A DNA stretch of 64,000 nt from Chitinophaga pinensis (GTDB lineage: Bacteria > Bacteroidota > Bacteroidia > 2-12-FULL-35-15). The notes beneath the pieces were generated by a model. It did not search any database. It worked only from the letters and a program-made list of their open reading frames with translations, and was not told the origin of the DNA. Location of the stretch: positions 1,306 to 65,305 of the forward strand of contig CAMCUO010000005.1 of NCBI GenBank assembly GCA_945879015.1. The letters are read 5' to 3'. Made by a program: the position numbers and the translations under genes. Shown here one piece after another: positions 10,206 to 20,599 of this stretch. The number at the start of each line of letters is the position of its first letter. Position 1 is the stretch's first letter.

Positions 10206-10281
10206 AATGAATACTGCTAATATATAAATAAGTTCTTCGAAAAAATTATTCTTAGTGCCTTTGTGCTCTTAGTGGTATGTT

Positions 10282-10749
10282 TTACAACATCTTCAAAATT
10301 TCATCACTCATTGGGTTTACAGCAGATGAATAGTATTTTACTAATTCTCCTTTTTCGTTAATTAAGTATTTGCAAAAATTCCAAGTAGGCACTTCATTGT
10401 TCCACCCATTTTCTTTTTCATCACTTAACCAATTGTACAAAGTATTATCTTTTACATCAATTTTTTCAAAAAGCTGAAATGTAACTCCGAAATTTTTTCT
10501 GCAAAAAGCACCAATATCTGAATTCGTTCCAGGTTCTTGTCCGCCAAAATTATTTGCAGGAAAACCAAGTATAGTTAGTTTGTTGCCATGTGTTTCATGC
10601 AATTTCTGCAATTCATCATACTGAGGAGTATAGCCACATTCAGAGGCAGTATTCACAATCAATAGTTTTTTTCCTTTATAAGACGAAAAGTCGATTTCTT
10701 TTCCTTCAATAGACTTCAATTTGAAATCATAAAATGATTTTGAACTCAT
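10282..10749 (-). CDS. gpx: Glutathione peroxidase.
   Basis: LLIVNTASECGYTPQYDELQ and LGFPANNFGGQEPG are classic GPx signatures. Start likely MSSKSFYDF (10749); the ORF track extends to 10824. Confidence 0.8.
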   Translation of the reverse strand: MSSKSFYDFKLKSIEGKEIDFSSYKGKKLLIVNTASECGYTPQYDELQKLHETHGNKLTILGFPANNFGGQEPGTNSDIGAFCRKNFGVTFQLFEKIDVKDNTLYNWLSDEKENGWNNEVPTWNFCKYLINEKGELVKYYSSAVNPMSDEILKML

Positions 10750-10827
10750 TTTTGTATTATTAGGTCGTGATGAAACTCCTTTTGGAGAAAACAATTTTAG
10801 TAATTGATATATTAAATTTTTCATAAA

Positions 10828-13251
10828 TTATTCTACTATCCTCAGTTTTGCAAATTTTATTAATAATTGTTTTTGTCCAATTCCATCAAAAAATATTGTT
10901 GCTTTATTATTTGGAAATGCGCCATCCATACTAACCACTTTTCCACTGCCAAAACGATCGTGCTGGACTTGCATCCCTACATTTAAATCTCGTAAACTTT
11001 CAGTATCGAAATCAGAAGTGTTTTTGGATGCTTTATTTACTTTCACCAACTTTTTCCCAATTACTGGTCGTTGTACAAATGTTTCCTTTGGTTTAGATGT
11101 ATGCAATTTCGGTTTTAATGAATATTCTTCATCAGCAAATATCCGCCCTTTGTTTTCTGTTGGTAACTGAATATATTTTGAATCCAATTCTTCAATGAAT
11201 CTGCTTGGTTCGCAATAAATTAAATTCCCCCAACGGTAACGAGTTGTAGAGTAGGAGAGTGTGATTCTTTTTTCTGCACGTGTTAATGCAACATAAAATA
11301 ATCTTCGTTCTTCTTCCAAATCTGCTCTTTCGGTTAACGACATCTGTGAAGGAAATAAATTTTCTTCCATTCCAACAATATATACATACGGGAACTCTAA
11401 TCCTTTCGCAGCATGAATCGTCATCAATACTACTTTGTTTTTATCTTCTTCTGTTTCGTTCTTTTTATCAGCATCTGTCATTAATGCAATGTCTTGCATG
11501 AAAATATTCAGAGTAGTTGTTGGTTGCTCGCTGTTGGTTGTAGGTTCATCCGTAAATAACAAAGCACTTTCTTCTTCTTCTCTTTTGACTTTTAACTTTT
11601 GACTTTCTTCTCTTTCTAATTGGTTCTCAATCTCCGTTTCATCTTTTACAATTTCAATCTCACTTTCAGTAAATTCTTTTATTCCATTTAGTAATTCTTG
11701 AATATTCTCATGCCTGCTTACTCCTTCGGGAGATTTATCAGCATACAAGTCTTTTAGAATGCCTGAATGTATTGCTATATGTTGTCCTAAGTCATAAGCA
11801 TTTTGTGTTGTCAATTGTGCTGAAAAACTTTTTATCATGCTAGCGAATTCATCAACTTTAGTTTTTGCACCGGTGTTTAGCCCAATATCAAATTCGTTTA
11901 TGTTTTCAATTACTTTCCACAAACTGATATTATGGTCGTTGGCAGCTACAATAATTTTTTCAAGTGTTGTATCGCCAATTCCACGAGCAGGATAATTTAT
12001 TATTCTTTTTAAAGCTTCTTCATCGTTATTGTTAATCGTCATACGATAATAAGCCAATAAATCTTTTATTTCTTTTCGTTGATAAAAAGACAATCCGCCG
12101 TAAATGCGATACGCAATATTTTGTCTACGTAAAGCTTCTTCCATTGCTCTGGATTGCGCATTGGTTCTATATAAAATAGCAAAGTCACGGTTATGCGCCT
12201 GCTCATTCATTTTTGTTTCGAAAATAGAATTGGCAATAAAATTTCCTTCTAAATTATCACTTTCGGTTTTTACAACTTTAATTATTTCACCTTCTGCATT
12301 ATCTGTGAAAACATTTTTTTTCAGCTGATCTTTATTTTTTGCGATAACGGAATTTGCAGCACCAACAATATTTTTTGTAGAACGATAATTTTGTTCCAAT
12401 TTAAAAATGCGTAATTCAGGATAATCTTTTTCGAAATTTAAAATGTTCTGAATGGTTGCTCCACGGAAAGCATAAATACTTTGAGCATCATCACCCACCA
12501 CACATATATTTCGGAAAGCCGCTGCCAACTGTTTAACAATTAAGTATTGAGAAAAGTTGGTATCCTGATACTCATCCACCAAAATATATTTGAACTTATG
12601 TTGATATTTATGAAGCACTGCCGGAAAATCGCGCAAGAGAACATTTGTATTGAATAGCAAATCATCAAAATCCATAGCACCAGCCTTGAAACAGCGGTTG
12701 CGATAAATTTCATAAATAATACCCATTTTTGGTTTGGCCGACTGACGATCTTCCTCTTGAATTTGAGGATTATTAAGATAAGATTGAGCCGAAATCAGGT
12801 TGTTTTTTGCAGAAGAAATTCGCGACAAAACAGCTCCTGGTTTATAAATTTTATCGTCCAAACCTTGTTCTTTAAGGATAGTTTTGATTAAACTTTTGGC
12901 ATCATCCGTATCATAAATGGTAAAATTGGGAGGATAGCCTATTTTTTCAGCCTCACTGCGTAAAATCCTGGCAAAAACTGAGTGAAAAGTACCCATCCAA
13001 AGGTTTTTTGCTTCGCCTTGACCCACAATTTTAGCAATCCGCTCCTTCATTTCTCGAGCGGCCTTATTGGTGAACGTTAAGGATAGAATATTAAAAGGAT
13101 CAACTCCTTTGGTCATGATATGCGCTACTCGGTAGGTCAAAACACGCGTTTTCCCCGAACCCGCTCCTGCTATAATCATTACTGGACCTTCGGTACACTC
13201 AACTGCCTCTCTTTGAACCGGATTTAGCTCTTCTAAATACGTTTTTGACAT
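10828..13251 (-). CDS. ATP-dependent DNA helicase, UvrD/PcrA/Rep family.
   Basis: 807 aa. LNPVQREAVECTEGPVMIIAGAGSGKTRVLTYRVAHIM contains helicase motifs I and Ia. Confidence 0.85.
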   Translation of the reverse strand: MSKTYLEELNPVQREAVECTEGPVMIIAGAGSGKTRVLTYRVAHIMTKGVDPFNILSLTFTNKAAREMKERIAKIVGQGEAKNLWMGTFHSVFARILRSEAEKIGYPPNFTIYDTDDAKSLIKTILKEQGLDDKIYKPGAVLSRISSAKNNLISAQSYLNNPQIQEEDRQSAKPKMGIIYEIYRNRCFKAGAMDFDDLLFNTNVLLRDFPAVLHKYQHKFKYILVDEYQDTNFSQYLIVKQLAAAFRNICVVGDDAQSIYAFRGATIQNILNFEKDYPELRIFKLEQNYRSTKNIVGAANSVIAKNKDQLKKNVFTDNAEGEIIKVVKTESDNLEGNFIANSIFETKMNEQAHNRDFAILYRTNAQSRAMEEALRRQNIAYRIYGGLSFYQRKEIKDLLAYYRMTINNNDEEALKRIINYPARGIGDTTLEKIIVAANDHNISLWKVIENINEFDIGLNTGAKTKVDEFASMIKSFSAQLTTQNAYDLGQHIAIHSGILKDLYADKSPEGVSRHENIQELLNGIKEFTESEIEIVKDETEIENQLEREESQKLKVKREEEESALLFTDEPTTNSEQPTTTLNIFMQDIALMTDADKKNETEEDKNKVVLMTIHAAKGLEFPYVYIVGMEENLFPSQMSLTERADLEEERRLFYVALTRAEKRITLSYSTTRYRWGNLIYCEPSRFIEELDSKYIQLPTENKGRIFADEEYSLKPKLHTSKPKETFVQRPVIGKKLVKVNKASKNTSDFDTESLRDLNVGMQVQHDRFGSGKVVSMDGAFPNNKATIFFDGIGQKQLLIKFAKLRIVE

Positions 13252-13440
13252 AAATTCTTTAAATTTTGCTCAAAAATAAGCTAAAAATGATGCTAAAAAG
13301 CAGATTTTAATGTGTGTTGAAAAGTAATCCTGCGTTTTTTTTTAACACATGCAACTTTTGGGCATAATTGTACATCTGCTATGTATATTTCAATATAATT
13401 AGTAAATTAGTCGGATAATAAAATCAAAAAAAATTTTAAA

Positions 13441-13851
13441 ATGAAAAAACTTATCTATTCTCTTGTAATTACATTTTTAATGGGATTATCGGTAAACACA
13501 TTCGCTCAAAAAGCAGTTGCTACTATGGCATATTTGAATGTTAAAACTTCTAAAAAAGTTGTAGATGATAAAACTGCAATTGTTAGCTTTCAGTTAAATA
13601 ACATTTCAGATGAAGCTACATTAGCAAAATATAAGAAAGCATTTTCTTCTCAACAAAGAATTCAGTCAGTAACTACTTCTTTGCAAAAAGGAAATATGGC
13701 TTCTTTTTATATTAAAATGGACAAAACAGCAACACTAGAAACTTTACAAAGATTATTCGTTAAGGCACATGTTGCATCAGTAAATGTTGATGGCAAAGTT
13801 GCAGCTACTAAAGATCTTTCTAAATTAAAACAAAAATCTGCTAAAAAATAA
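13441..13851 (+). CDS. Small secreted hypothetical protein.
   Basis: 136 aa with signal peptide MKKLIYSLVITFLMGLSVNTFAQ; Lys-rich; no recognisable domain. Confidence 0.45.
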   Translation: MKKLIYSLVITFLMGLSVNTFAQKAVATMAYLNVKTSKKVVDDKTAIVSFQLNNISDEATLAKYKKAFSSQQRIQSVTTSLQKGNMASFYIKMDKTATLETLQRLFVKAHVASVNVDGKVAATKDLSKLKQKSAKK

Positions 13852-13871
13852 TATTTTTTCATACTTATAAA

Positions 13872-14999
13872 ATGGGTATTACTTTTTGTAATCCCCATTT
13901 TGTTTTTTACACCCATTCCATTATTGTGGTCGAACCGATAAACAAACAATTGCATTTCATCATTGGCATTGGACGCTCCGGAACGACCATTCTGAATAAG
14001 ATATTAAATTCTCATCCTTCTATTCACAGTTTACCAGAGGCAAATTTCCTTCTTTTTTTTCTGAACGATTATAAAAATGTAACTCGTTTTACAAAAGAGA
14101 ATATTGAGTTAATGTTTCAGCAGATTAAGATCTTTTCATTGTCGCATCCATTGGTTGGTTGGGAATTGGACATGGAAAATGCAAAGCAAAATCTTATAGA
14201 TATTGTTTCAAAAGGTGAATTGTCCTATGCTACACTTTGTAAAACTATTTATTCTGAAATTAAAGTAACAGGGAAAGACAAGTCAAACGCTACAATGCTG
14301 ATTGATAAAAATCCTGCTTTTACTTTATCAGTTGACCAATTGGAAAAACATTTTCCTGAATCAAAATTTATTTTGTTGGTTAGAGATTACAGAGCAAATG
14401 TATTGTCGAGAAAACAAAATGCTTATTTGAAATCACCTCTTGTGCCTTATAATGCTACTCGTTGGAGAGTTTTTAATCTGATTGCCAATAAGTTTTATCA
14501 AAAGCATAAGAGCAAAGTATTGTTATTGAGATATGAAGATTTGGTGAGCGAATACGATGCATCCATGAAAAAAGTGTTTGCCTTTTTAAATGTGAAAGAG
14601 GAAGATATGAAAGAAACGGACTTGTCGAAAGTGGATGTTTCAAAAATGGAAATTGCTAATGAGCATAAAAAATACTTTTCAAAAAAATATGAAGATTTAA
14701 GTAAGCCAATTAATACCAAGAGAGTAAATGCATGGCAAACAGAATTGAGCAAAGAGGATATTGCTGAGTGTGATACTATTTGTGCGAGTTTTGCTAAAGT
14801 GTTTGGTTATACAGAATTTACTCCTGTTCCTTTTTTCAAAAAAATCGGGATTATCTTAAAGAACATTTTTATTATTATTCCTTCTTATTTAGATATTAAA
14901 AAGGATCAGTTGTTGTACCACGTTTCTGCAAAAACAAAAATGAATGCTTTGATTAAGCGACACGAAACGCTTGGTTTTATTAAGCGTTCAGATTCGTAA
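13872..14999 (+). CDS. Sulfotransferase-family protein (PAPS-dependent).
   Basis: 5'-PSB P-loop IIGIGRSGTTILNKILNSHPS; about 370 aa; paralog of the adjacent convergent gene. Confidence 0.7.
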   Translation: MGITFCNPHFVFYTHSIIVVEPINKQLHFIIGIGRSGTTILNKILNSHPSIHSLPEANFLLFFLNDYKNVTRFTKENIELMFQQIKIFSLSHPLVGWELDMENAKQNLIDIVSKGELSYATLCKTIYSEIKVTGKDKSNATMLIDKNPAFTLSVDQLEKHFPESKFILLVRDYRANVLSRKQNAYLKSPLVPYNATRWRVFNLIANKFYQKHKSKVLLLRYEDLVSEYDASMKKVFAFLNVKEEDMKETDLSKVDVSKMEIANEHKKYFSKKYEDLSKPINTKRVNAWQTELSKEDIAECDTICASFAKVFGYTEFTPVPFFKKIGIILKNIFIIIPSYLDIKKDQLLYHVSAKTKMNALIKRHETLGFIKRSDS

Positions 15000-15014
15000 A
15001 TTATACTTAATTAT

Positions 15015-15045
15015 AACGTCACACTGAGCGGAGTCCAAGTGCGTT
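15015..15045. repeat. Short dispersed motif cgtcacactgagcggagtcCaagtgcg (GAGTCGAAG family).
   Basis: Near-identical to 3625-3652. Related copies at 2624-2650, 37201-37230 and 54955-54975. Confidence 0.4.
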
Positions 15046-15052
15046 ATCTTTA

Positions 15053-16096
15053 CTAAATCCGATTCTTCGAAGGAGAAGGCCTGAAGGCTAAAGGTAGCTT
15101 GTATTTTATCTTAATTAAAATTCCCCAGACTGAGGATTTCAAATAACAATAGTTGTAATATAGTTTATCGAAAATAGTAGTTTTTTTTGAAGGAATGTGT
15201 TTCGCATAACCGAATCTCAAAGCCAATTTCTCACAAGCAAAATCAAGCAAAGCAATTTCTTCCGATTTTAATTCATTCACATAAGCATTAACCCTTTCGG
15301 TATTTACCTTTTTTTCCAAATTACCGTGCATACGTTGAATTTTTTCATTCTTTTCCTTAGAAACATTTTCCACCGCATGCTTTTTTATCTCTTTTGAAAG
15401 TTCCTGAAAATTGAGCATTTGCTCGGTATACGGAACATGAATGTAGGAACAAAGCAATTGTAAGTGCTCTGTAGGATCACTTGCCAAGTCTTCATATTTA
15501 ATTAAATGATAGGGAATGTTTTTCGTGGCAAGACATTCAAAAATGCTTTCATAATAATAATTCCAATCGGCTGCCAACTTGTGAATTGGAACATTTTCAT
15601 CCGAATATTTTCTTCTCGATAAAATATTGTCTCTGTAATCTCTAACAATGACAATAAATTTTGCATCAGGAAAGATTTCTGAAATTTTATCAATGTGCAA
15701 AGAGTAAGATGGATTTTTATCGATTACCCAATTCACATTTTTCTTCTCTTTTTGAGATAGGGGGTAATTCAAATAAGCGAGCTTGCAAACATTTGCAAAA
15801 GTTTTATCCTTTAACTGAAGGATATCTTTCTTTAATTCCGGACCGGGTTTCCATATACTTATCACTCTGTTGAAATTTTGGTCGAACATATCAATAAATG
15901 CATCCACTACTTTCTCATCATTAAAATCCTGCTGATGAAAGGTGTGATAAGAGTGCATAATGAATTCGTTTTCTGGACTGGCAATAATCTCAGGATTGGA
16001 ATTGAGTATATTTGTGAGAAGAGTAGTGCCCGAGCGACCCATTCCTACAATAAAGGCAATTTTTGGTAAAGATGATAATGGTTTTAATTCAGTCAT
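15053..16096 (-). CDS. Sulfotransferase-family protein (PAPS-dependent), paralog.
   Basis: IVGMGRSGTTLLTNILNSNPEI P-loop; 347 aa; convergent with 13872-14999. Confidence 0.7.
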   Translation of the reverse strand: MTELKPLSSLPKIAFIVGMGRSGTTLLTNILNSNPEIIASPENEFIMHSYHTFHQQDFNDEKVVDAFIDMFDQNFNRVISIWKPGPELKKDILQLKDKTFANVCKLAYLNYPLSQKEKKNVNWVIDKNPSYSLHIDKISEIFPDAKFIVIVRDYRDNILSRRKYSDENVPIHKLAADWNYYYESIFECLATKNIPYHLIKYEDLASDPTEHLQLLCSYIHVPYTEQMLNFQELSKEIKKHAVENVSKEKNEKIQRMHGNLEKKVNTERVNAYVNELKSEEIALLDFACEKLALRFGYAKHIPSKKTTIFDKLYYNYCYLKSSVWGILIKIKYKLPLAFRPSPSKNRI

Positions 16097-16268
16097 TTAA
16101 TAGCTCAGCCTATGTTTTAAGCATTCAATATACAAAGTAATACTTAGGAAAATCTAAAATAGACAAATTATCCCTCTGCTTTTTCAAGGAGAGGGAAGGC
16201 TGAGGTTTTAAAAGGGCTATTTTTGATTTTCACCTAGTATAAAAGTAACAATTATTCGTTTATTTGAG

Positions 16269-16276
16269 TATTTTTG
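16269..16276 (+). promoter_or_regulatory. Candidate Bacteroidota sigma-A -7 box (TAttTTTG) for the dlt-like operon.
   Basis: TATTTTTG sits 35 bp upstream of the ATG at 16311. It is preceded by the hairpin tccctct-N12-agaggga at 16171-16196. Confidence 0.25.
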
Positions 16277-16310
16277 AGATATTTGTATAGTATGGTAATG
16301 GGCATAAATT

Positions 16311-18854
16311 ATGAGGCTAATTGACAAATATTTTCCTTTAATTTCAGTTACTTCAGAAAATCGGGAGGCGCTTTTCAATATCGATAGGCTTCGTTTTTTT
16401 AGTCTGGCTTTAGCGCAATTTATTTTAATTCTTTTTATTGTTACTCGCTATAATTTTGAAAAGTCATCAGGAATAATCGATTATGCTCCTTATGTTATTC
16501 TAGTATTTGCAATTTATAGTTTTATTGCCATCCGTTTTCGTCCAGCATTTCTATTTCTTGCGTGTGTTGCACTTGTTTATGCAGCATTTGGAATTCTGGC
16601 TGGAAGTTTTTTTATTCTTATCGGATTAGGTTTGATTTTAATTTGTCACTTACCTATAAAATATACTTATCGCTTTGTATTAATATTAGCTATTGCATTT
16701 CTTCTAGCTCTTTTTAGGACAGAATTTATTTACATTCCATGGATGACTATGACTGCTATGTACATGGCTCCATTGTTTATGTTCCGACTCATTATTTATT
16801 TGTATGAAATAAAGAACGGAGTGGTACCTGCAAATAAATGGCAAAGTATCAGTTACTTTTTTATGTTTCCAAATGTGTTCTTTCTCTTCTTTCCAATTAT
16901 CGATTACAAAACCTATATCAAAACACACCTCGATTCACCTGAAAAAGAAATATGGCAAAAAGGAATTCGATGGATGCTGCGTGGATTGATTCACATCATG
17001 TGTTATCGTTTGATCTGTTTTCATTTTTTAATCGGACCAGTTGAAGTAATTGACCTTCCAACAATGTTGCAATACATGGTGGTTAATTATTCTTTGATTA
17101 TCAGACTTTCTGGTGTATTTCATTTTATGATTGGTCTGGTTTGTATGTTTGGATTCAATCTTCCTCAAATATTTGACAATTATTTTACTGCTACCAGCTT
17201 TGTTGATTTGTGGAGAAGAATAAATATTTATTGGAGAAATTTCGTTCTAAAAATATTTTTCTACCCAACAATGTTTAGGTATAAAAAAATTCTGAAAAAG
17301 AATTTGTTGGCTTTTACCATGATGACGGTTTTCTTTATAACCTGGATAATGCATAGTTATCAGTTGTTTTGGATAACAGGTGTAGTTTCTGTTAGATCCA
17401 TAGATGTTATTTTTTGGATGGTGATTGGTGCATGTATAACTACAAATTCGGTAATTGTTGAAAAATATACTTTAGCTGAAGACAGAGTAGAAAAGCCTCA
17501 ATCGGAGTTTAAAAAGTATTTCATGAAAATAATCCGAATGATGGGAATGTTTCTTTTCATGTCAATTATGTGGTCGTTATGGAATACACGTACATTGGAA
17601 GATTGGCTTTTTATTGTTTCAAAAGGAAAACAAGTTGATTCGAAACAGTTACTTCTTATTTTTTCGGTTGTAATTGGAATTATTGGTTTAGGAATTCTTG
17701 TTCAGATGATGTTGAAAAATGTTAAGTTAAAACAGCTTATTAATAGGAAACCGCACGAAACAATTTTATTGACTTTGTCTACACTTACACTTCTAACATT
17801 ATTTTCTTTCAAAGAAATTCGTTCTAATATACCTTTATCAGTGCAACATTTGTACGATCAAATTTCTGATGGTTCAGCTAACAAACTTGAGAAAACAAAT
17901 GCTGAAGCAGGTTATTACGATAAATTGATTGAAGGCGAAGAGGGCAATACAATTGGCATAGGAGGAAGGTCATTAAAAAAGATGGTGAAGAAAAATCCTT
18001 ATACCAATGCTTATATTTATCAAAACAATATTGTAAACCGAAGAATGAAACCCAATCTCAACATTGTTGGTTCGGATCATAATTTTCAAAGTAATAGTTT
18101 TGGAATAAGAGATAAAGAGTATTCTATAAAAAAACCTCTTGGAACAAAACGTTTAGCATTGCTTGGCGGCTCTTATCAAATGGGTTCTGGTGTAAATAAC
18201 AATGAAGTTTTTGAAGCCATTGCAGAAGAAAGAATGAACAAAGAGTTGGTGGATACAAATTATAAAGCTTTTGAAATTTTCAATTTTGCTGCTGGTGGTT
18301 ATTATTTGTTGCAGCATGTTGAAATAGTTCATACATCTGTATTTCAATACGACATGGATGCCTTGGTATATTTTGCGCATACTGATGAAAGAGGCAAAGT
18401 GGTAAAAGATTTTACTACTATTATCAAGAAAGAATTGCCATTGAAATACCCATTTCTTCAGCAAATTGTCAAAGAAAGCGGCATTAAATCTTATATGAGT
18501 ATTTTACAAATAAGAGAATTACTGACTCCATATGCCGATACAATTATGAAATGGGGTTATAAGGAAATATATGAGCAATGTAAAAAGAACAATGTGGTTC
18601 CTGTTTGGGCCTATATGGAAACTACTACTGAGTTTGTTGATGATGCAGAATATAATGAGCTAAAAGCATACGCTGAATCATTAGGTTTTGTAACTTTGGA
18701 TTTACGCAATACCTATGGCAATATTGATAGAGTTGAAATTCAGATTTCGGATTTAAATACTCACCCAAATGTATTAGGACATCGATTGATTGCTGAAAGG
18801 TTTTATAAAGAGTTGAAATTAAAAAGAGATAGTATTTTTAGAATTGTTGAATAA
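16311..18854 (+). CDS. Fused MBOAT (DltB/AlgI-like) membrane O-acyltransferase plus C-terminal DltD/SGNH-like extracytoplasmic domain.
   Basis: 847 aa. The N-terminal roughly 450 aa is polytopic, with the MBOAT motif LWRRINIYWRNF (the WRRWHIS analog; its His is replaced by Asn) and the invariant His in TWIMHSY. After two more TMs, a roughly 340 aa domain has GGSYQMGSG (block I-like) and DLNTHPNVLGHRLIAE (SGNH block V, DxxH). Confidence 0.75.
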   Translation: MRLIDKYFPLISVTSENREALFNIDRLRFFSLALAQFILILFIVTRYNFEKSSGIIDYAPYVILVFAIYSFIAIRFRPAFLFLACVALVYAAFGILAGSFFILIGLGLILICHLPIKYTYRFVLILAIAFLLALFRTEFIYIPWMTMTAMYMAPLFMFRLIIYLYEIKNGVVPANKWQSISYFFMFPNVFFLFFPIIDYKTYIKTHLDSPEKEIWQKGIRWMLRGLIHIMCYRLICFHFLIGPVEVIDLPTMLQYMVVNYSLIIRLSGVFHFMIGLVCMFGFNLPQIFDNYFTATSFVDLWRRINIYWRNFVLKIFFYPTMFRYKKILKKNLLAFTMMTVFFITWIMHSYQLFWITGVVSVRSIDVIFWMVIGACITTNSVIVEKYTLAEDRVEKPQSEFKKYFMKIIRMMGMFLFMSIMWSLWNTRTLEDWLFIVSKGKQVDSKQLLLIFSVVIGIIGLGILVQMMLKNVKLKQLINRKPHETILLTLSTLTLLTLFSFKEIRSNIPLSVQHLYDQISDGSANKLEKTNAEAGYYDKLIEGEEGNTIGIGGRSLKKMVKKNPYTNAYIYQNNIVNRRMKPNLNIVGSDHNFQSNSFGIRDKEYSIKKPLGTKRLALLGGSYQMGSGVNNNEVFEAIAEERMNKELVDTNYKAFEIFNFAAGGYYLLQHVEIVHTSVFQYDMDALVYFAHTDERGKVVKDFTTIIKKELPLKYPFLQQIVKESGIKSYMSILQIRELLTPYADTIMKWGYKEIYEQCKKNNVVPVWAYMETTTEFVDDAEYNELKAYAESLGFVTLDLRNTYGNIDRVEIQISDLNTHPNVLGHRLIAERFYKELKLKRDSIFRIVE

Positions 18855-18888
18855 TATATTTGTTTGTCAAACTTAAAATATAAAAAAC

Positions 18889-19152
18889 ATGCGTGCAGAC
18901 ATTAACGAAATAAAAGAAACAGTAAAGGCGTTCGTTAATAAACGTTTTTTAAAAAATGCTGAAGGGAAAGAATTAAACTATTCAACTCCTCTCATTTCTG
19001 GTGGTATTATTGATTCGATACTTGCTATGCAGTTGGTTGTTTTCCTAGAACAAACCTACAGGTTTGAATTTCAAGCACACGAAGTTGATAAAGATAATTT
19101 AGATAACATCGATATCATTGCAGGGTTTGTTGTAAAGAAGTTGAATGCATAA
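18889..19152 (+). CDS. D-alanyl-carrier-protein-like (DltC-like) small carrier protein.
   Basis: 87 aa. GGIIDSILAMQLVVFLEQ has the phosphopantetheine Ser in a DltC-like context. Its stop overlaps the next start (ATGCATAA). Confidence 0.75.
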   Translation: MRADINEIKETVKAFVNKRFLKNAEGKELNYSTPLISGGIIDSILAMQLVVFLEQTYRFEFQAHEVDKDNLDNIDIIAGFVVKKLNA

Positions 19153-20599
19153 GGTAAATAAGCTATATCAGCTTCTTGAAAATTCGGCAGAACAGTTTCC
19201 GGATAATACTGCTTTAGTTTTGCAAGAAAAAAAGATTAGCTATCAACAATTAGATTCATTAGCTAATAAAATAAAACAAGCTCTTCATTCTATAAACATT
19301 TCTGAAGGAAATCGTATCGCTATTTGCTCTCCTAAATCCATTGAATTTGTCGCCTCTATTTTCGGAATATTAAAAGCTGGTGCTGCTTATGTTCCTGTTG
19401 ATTATAATTCACCTATTGAACGCAATAATTTTATTATTGAAAATTGTGAAGTAGCTGCAATTATTATTACTAAAGACTTGTTAGAAAATTTTAAAAATAA
19501 TTTTACGTTTTTCGCAGATATTGGAATTGATTTAGTTTTAGCAAAAAGCAATAAGGTAACATTAAAAAAATCTTCTGAAGATTTATCCTATATTCTATAT
19601 ACTTCAGGCTCAACGGGAAATCCAAAGGGTGTAATTTATACCAATGCTGGAGCACTTGAATTTATCAATTGGAGTTCAAATACTTTTTCTCCCACTTCGA
19701 GTGATTGTTTTTCGTCGCATGCGCCTTTTCATTTCGATCTTTCTATTTTTGATTTATATGTTTCTATAAAGCATGGAGCAACTTTGGTTCTGATAAAAGA
19801 AGAAGTGGCGAAACAACCTATGCTATTGGCTCAATTAATTTCAGAACAAAAAATTAGTATTTGGTATTCTACTCCTTCAATTCTAATAATGCTTTCGGAA
19901 TATGGCAAAATGGAAAAGTATAAGTATGATAGTTTGAGATTGATATTATTTGCTGGTGAAGTTTTCCCAATTGTCAAATTAAATACATTAAAGAAAAAAG
20001 TTAAAACATCGGTTTTTTATAATCTTTATGGACCAACAGAAACAAATGTTTGTACGTATTATCAATTGCCTGAAAATATTGAAACAAATATTCCGATTGG
20101 AAAAGTATGCGAACATTATCAAGCCTGTGTTGTTGGTGATGAGCTTTTAATTAGCGGAAAAGGTGTGATGTTGGGTTATTGGAATGTTCCTGAAAAAGAT
20201 AATTTTTGGAAGGACCAAGAAAATAGATTTTGGTACAAAACGGGTGATTTGGTAGATGTTGCAGAGAGTGGAGATTATATCTTTAAAGGCAGAAGAGATA
20301 GAATGGTGAAGCGCAATGGTTATAGAATAGAATTGGATGAAATAGAAACAGGATTAAGTAAACATCCCGATATTGTTATTGCGGCTGTTGTCAGTAAGAA
20401 CAATGAAGAAGAGCAAATGATTATTTCTGCCTTTGTTGTTTTAAGAAATACTGAGCAAAAATCAGTCATAAAAATGAAGGAATATTGTATGAATCACTTA
20501 CCTTCGTATATGGTTCCCAACGACTTTATTTTTGTTGAGGATTTGCCACAAACATCAAGCAATAAAGTGGATTATCAGAAATTAAAACAATTAGCCTAA
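19145..20599 (+). CDS. Stand-alone adenylation enzyme (ANL superfamily), DltA-like aminoacyl-carrier-protein ligase.
   Basis: Motifs: YTSGSTGNPKGV (A3), FHFDLSIFDLY (A4; Asp rather than Glu after the pocket, as in DltA), YGPTE (A5), YKTGD (A7), GRRDRMVKRNGYRIELDEIE (A8), NKVD (A10). About 484 aa; no C or T domain. Confidence 0.8.
   Translation: MHKVNKLYQLLENSAEQFPDNTALVLQEKKISYQQLDSLANKIKQALHSINISEGNRIAICSPKSIEFVASIFGILKAGAAYVPVDYNSPIERNNFIIENCEVAAIIITKDLLENFKNNFTFFADIGIDLVLAKSNKVTLKKSSEDLSYILYTSGSTGNPKGVIYTNAGALEFINWSSNTFSPTSSDCFSSHAPFHFDLSIFDLYVSIKHGATLVLIKEEVAKQPMLLAQLISEQKISIWYSTPSILIMLSEYGKMEKYKYDSLRLILFAGEVFPIVKLNTLKKKVKTSVFYNLYGPTETNVCTYYQLPENIETNIPIGKVCEHYQACVVGDELLISGKGVMLGYWNVPEKDNFWKDQENRFWYKTGDLVDVAESGDYIFKGRRDRMVKRNGYRIELDEIETGLSKHPDIVIAAVVSKNNEEEQMIISAFVVLRNTEQKSVIKMKEYCMNHLPSYMVPNDFIFVEDLPQTSSNKVDYQKLKQLA

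Noticed and set aside
10750-10824. 25-aa N-terminal extension of glutathione peroxidase (MKNLIYQLLKLFSPKGVSSRPNNTK)
   Set aside because: It is not signal-peptide-like and has no counterpart in GPx. The internal Met at 10749 matches canonical GPx N-termini; kept as an alternative start only.
19145-20599. NRPS interpretation of the adenylation enzyme
   Set aside because: There are no condensation, thiolation-fused or thioesterase domains. The protein is a roughly 480-aa stand-alone ANL enzyme beside a free carrier protein and an MBOAT, the DltA/DltC/DltB pattern.
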